Assembly: GCF_014857065.1 (NCBI RefSeq)
Contig: NZ_CP046533.1
Span: forward strand, 660,001-692,000
Length of the DNA: 32,000 bases
Direction of reading: 5' to 3'
Origin: Candidatus Saccharimonadota bacterium
GTDB lineage: Bacteria > Pseudomonadota > Gammaproteobacteria > Enterobacterales > Enterobacteriaceae
The translations under genes and the position numbers were made by a program. Within the stretch, counting starts at the first letter, position 1. Each line of letters begins with the position of its first letter. The notes below the pieces were generated by a model that saw only the letters and a list, made by a program, of their open reading frames with translations, was not told the origin of the DNA and did not search any database. Shown here one piece after another: positions 30,550 through 32,000 of this stretch.

Positions 30550-32000
30550 ATGAATGATCTTGCTAAAGAAATTGTACAGATTGATGTTGAAGAAGAATTA
30601 AAAAGATCTTATTTGGACTATGCCATGTCTGTGATTATTGGTCGCGCTTTGCCAGATGTAAGAGATGGGTTAAAACCAGTACATCGTCGTATCTTATATG
30701 CAATGCACGTCCTTGGTAACGATTATAATAAAGCATATAAAAAATCAGCACGTATAGTGGGTGATGTAATTGGTAAGTATCATCCTCACGGAGATTCAGC
30801 GGTTTATGACACTATTGTGCGTATGGCTCAATTTTTTTCAATGCGTTATGTATTAATTGATGGTCAAGGTAATTTTGGTTCTATTGATGGGGATTCAGCA
30901 GCGGCAATGCGTTATACCGAAATACGTATGTCTAAAATTGCCCGTGAATTATTATTAGATTTAGATCAAGAAACTGTTGATTATAGGTTAAATTATGATA
31001 GTACTGAACGTATACCTGAAGTTTTGCCTACTAGAATACCAAATTTATTGATTAATGGCAGTTCAGGGATCGCGGTGGGTATGGCTACTAATATCCCTCC
31101 ACATAATATTGCTGAAGTTGTCGATGGTTGTTTAGCTTTAATAGATGATGAAAATATTAGTATTGAAAAACTGATGGATTACATTCCTGGACCAGATTTT
31201 CCTACTGCTGCAATTATTAATAATAAAAGTGGTATTAAGGAGGCTTATTTAACCGGTAAAGGTAAGATATGTATTAAAGCGCGTGTTAAAATTGAAAGTG
31301 ATATTAAAACTGGACGAGAATCTATTGTTGTTTATGAACTTCCTTATCAAGTCAATAAATCACGTTTAATTGAAAAAATTGCTGAATTAGTAAAAGAGAA
31401 ACGTATCGAAGGAATAAGTGGATTACGTGATGAATCTGACAAAGATGGTATTCGTGTTGTTATTGAAGTCAAACGTGATGCTATAAGTGAGGTAGTTTTA
31501 AATAATTTATATTCTTTGACTCAGTTACAGGTTGTATTTGGTATGAATATGGTAGCTTTGTTTAATGGACAGCCTAAGATTCTTTCTCTTAAAGAAATTT
31601 TATCTGCTTTCATATATTATCGTAGAGAGGTTGTAACTAGACGTATGTTTTTTGAATTAAAAAAGGCACGTGACCGTGTTTCTATTTTGGAGGCATTAAC
31701 TGTTGCGTTATTTAATATTGATTCAATAATTGATATTATCCGCAAATCTATTAATTGTATGGAAGCTAATGTTAATTTAGTTTCTTGTTCTTGGTCATCT
31801 GGTGTTGTTGCTAAAATGCGAGAGACGATTGATGCCGACGTATTTAGATCCAAATGGTTAAAAATGGATTCATCTGTAGTTGATGGTAAATATTATTTTA
31901 CTGACTGTCAAGCTCAAGCCATTCTAGATTTGAGATTAAATAAACTTACTAGTTTAGAATACGAAAAGGTATTATGTGAATACAAAGATGTTTTAATTAA
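30550..32000 (+). CDS. gyrA: DNA gyrase subunit A, 3'-truncated by the window edge
   Basis: This gene is absent from the ORF track because no stop codon falls inside the window. My manual translation from the ATG at 30550 is [47 protein letters not shown]...[19 protein letters not shown]...[10 protein letters not shown], which includes the catalytic Tyr context. It continues open to nt 32000. An in-frame ATG at 30535 is a less likely start. Confidence 0.93.
   Translation, partial: MNDLAKEIVQIDVEEELKRSYLDYAMSVIIGRALPDVRDGLKPVHRRILYAMHVLGNDYNKAYKKSARIVGDVIGKYHPHGDSAVYDTIVRMAQFFSMRYVLIDGQGNFGSIDGDSAAAMRYTEIRMSKIARELLLDLDQETVDYRLNYDSTERIPEVLPTRIPNLLINGSSGIAVGMATNIPPHNIAEVVDGCLALIDDENISIEKLMDYIPGPDFPTAAIINNKSGIKEAYLTGKGKICIKARVKIESDIKTGRESIVVYELPYQVNKSRLIEKIAELVKEKRIEGISGLRDESDKDGIRVVIEVKRDAISEVVLNNLYSLTQLQVVFGMNMVALFNGQPKILSLKEILSAFIYYRREVVTRRMFFELKKARDRVSILEALTVALFNIDSIIDIIRKSINCMEANVNLVSCSWSSGVVAKMRETIDADVFRSKWLKMDSSVVDGKYYFTDCQAQAILDLRLNKLTSLEYEKVLCEYKDVLI

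Noticed and set aside
1-32000. Search for CRISPR arrays, long tandem or inverted repeats, IS elements, defence or toxin genes, a replication origin or a skew switch
   Set aside because: No repeat-spacer periodicity, no long repeats and no unexplained ORF are visible by eye. The plus strand looks T-rich throughout, including under the minus-strand genes, with no obvious switch. Every ORF of at least about 100 aa is accounted for by a housekeeping gene or its shadow.

Overview
This window is very AT-rich (roughly 70% A+T by eye) and densely packed with housekeeping genes. It looks like a genome-reduced gammaproteobacterial insect endosymbiont. A Blochmannia-like organism is my guess from the gene content (nuo, ubiG, pdxB, mntH and fabB all retained), and I cannot verify it without a database search. 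Gene order follows the E. coli K-12 mntH...gyrA region (about 50-54 min, read in reverse) with large blocks deleted: mntH(5' partial)-tRNA-Arg(CCU)-aroC-prmB-fabB-pdxB-truA-accD-folC-nuoABCDEFGHIJKLMN-yfaE-nrdB-nrdA-ubiG-gyrA(3' partial). All 26 protein genes appear intact and align almost end to end with my recollection of the E. coli orthologues. I see no transposase, integrase, phage, CRISPR, toxin-antitoxin, restriction or other defence-type gene, no rRNA, and no long unexplained ORF. I therefore do not find a convincing novel system here. The findings are small-scale: a FabR-operator-like palindrome upstream of fabB, a nrdB/yfaE overlap with an extended YfaE N-terminus, an apparent local inversion of prmB-aroC, a tRNA without an encoded CCA, long in-frame homopolymers, unusually long spacers with short repeats, and a terminator-less convergent junction. 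Every antisense or off-frame ORF in the supplied track lies inside a well-supported gene, and I reject them as shadow ORFs.
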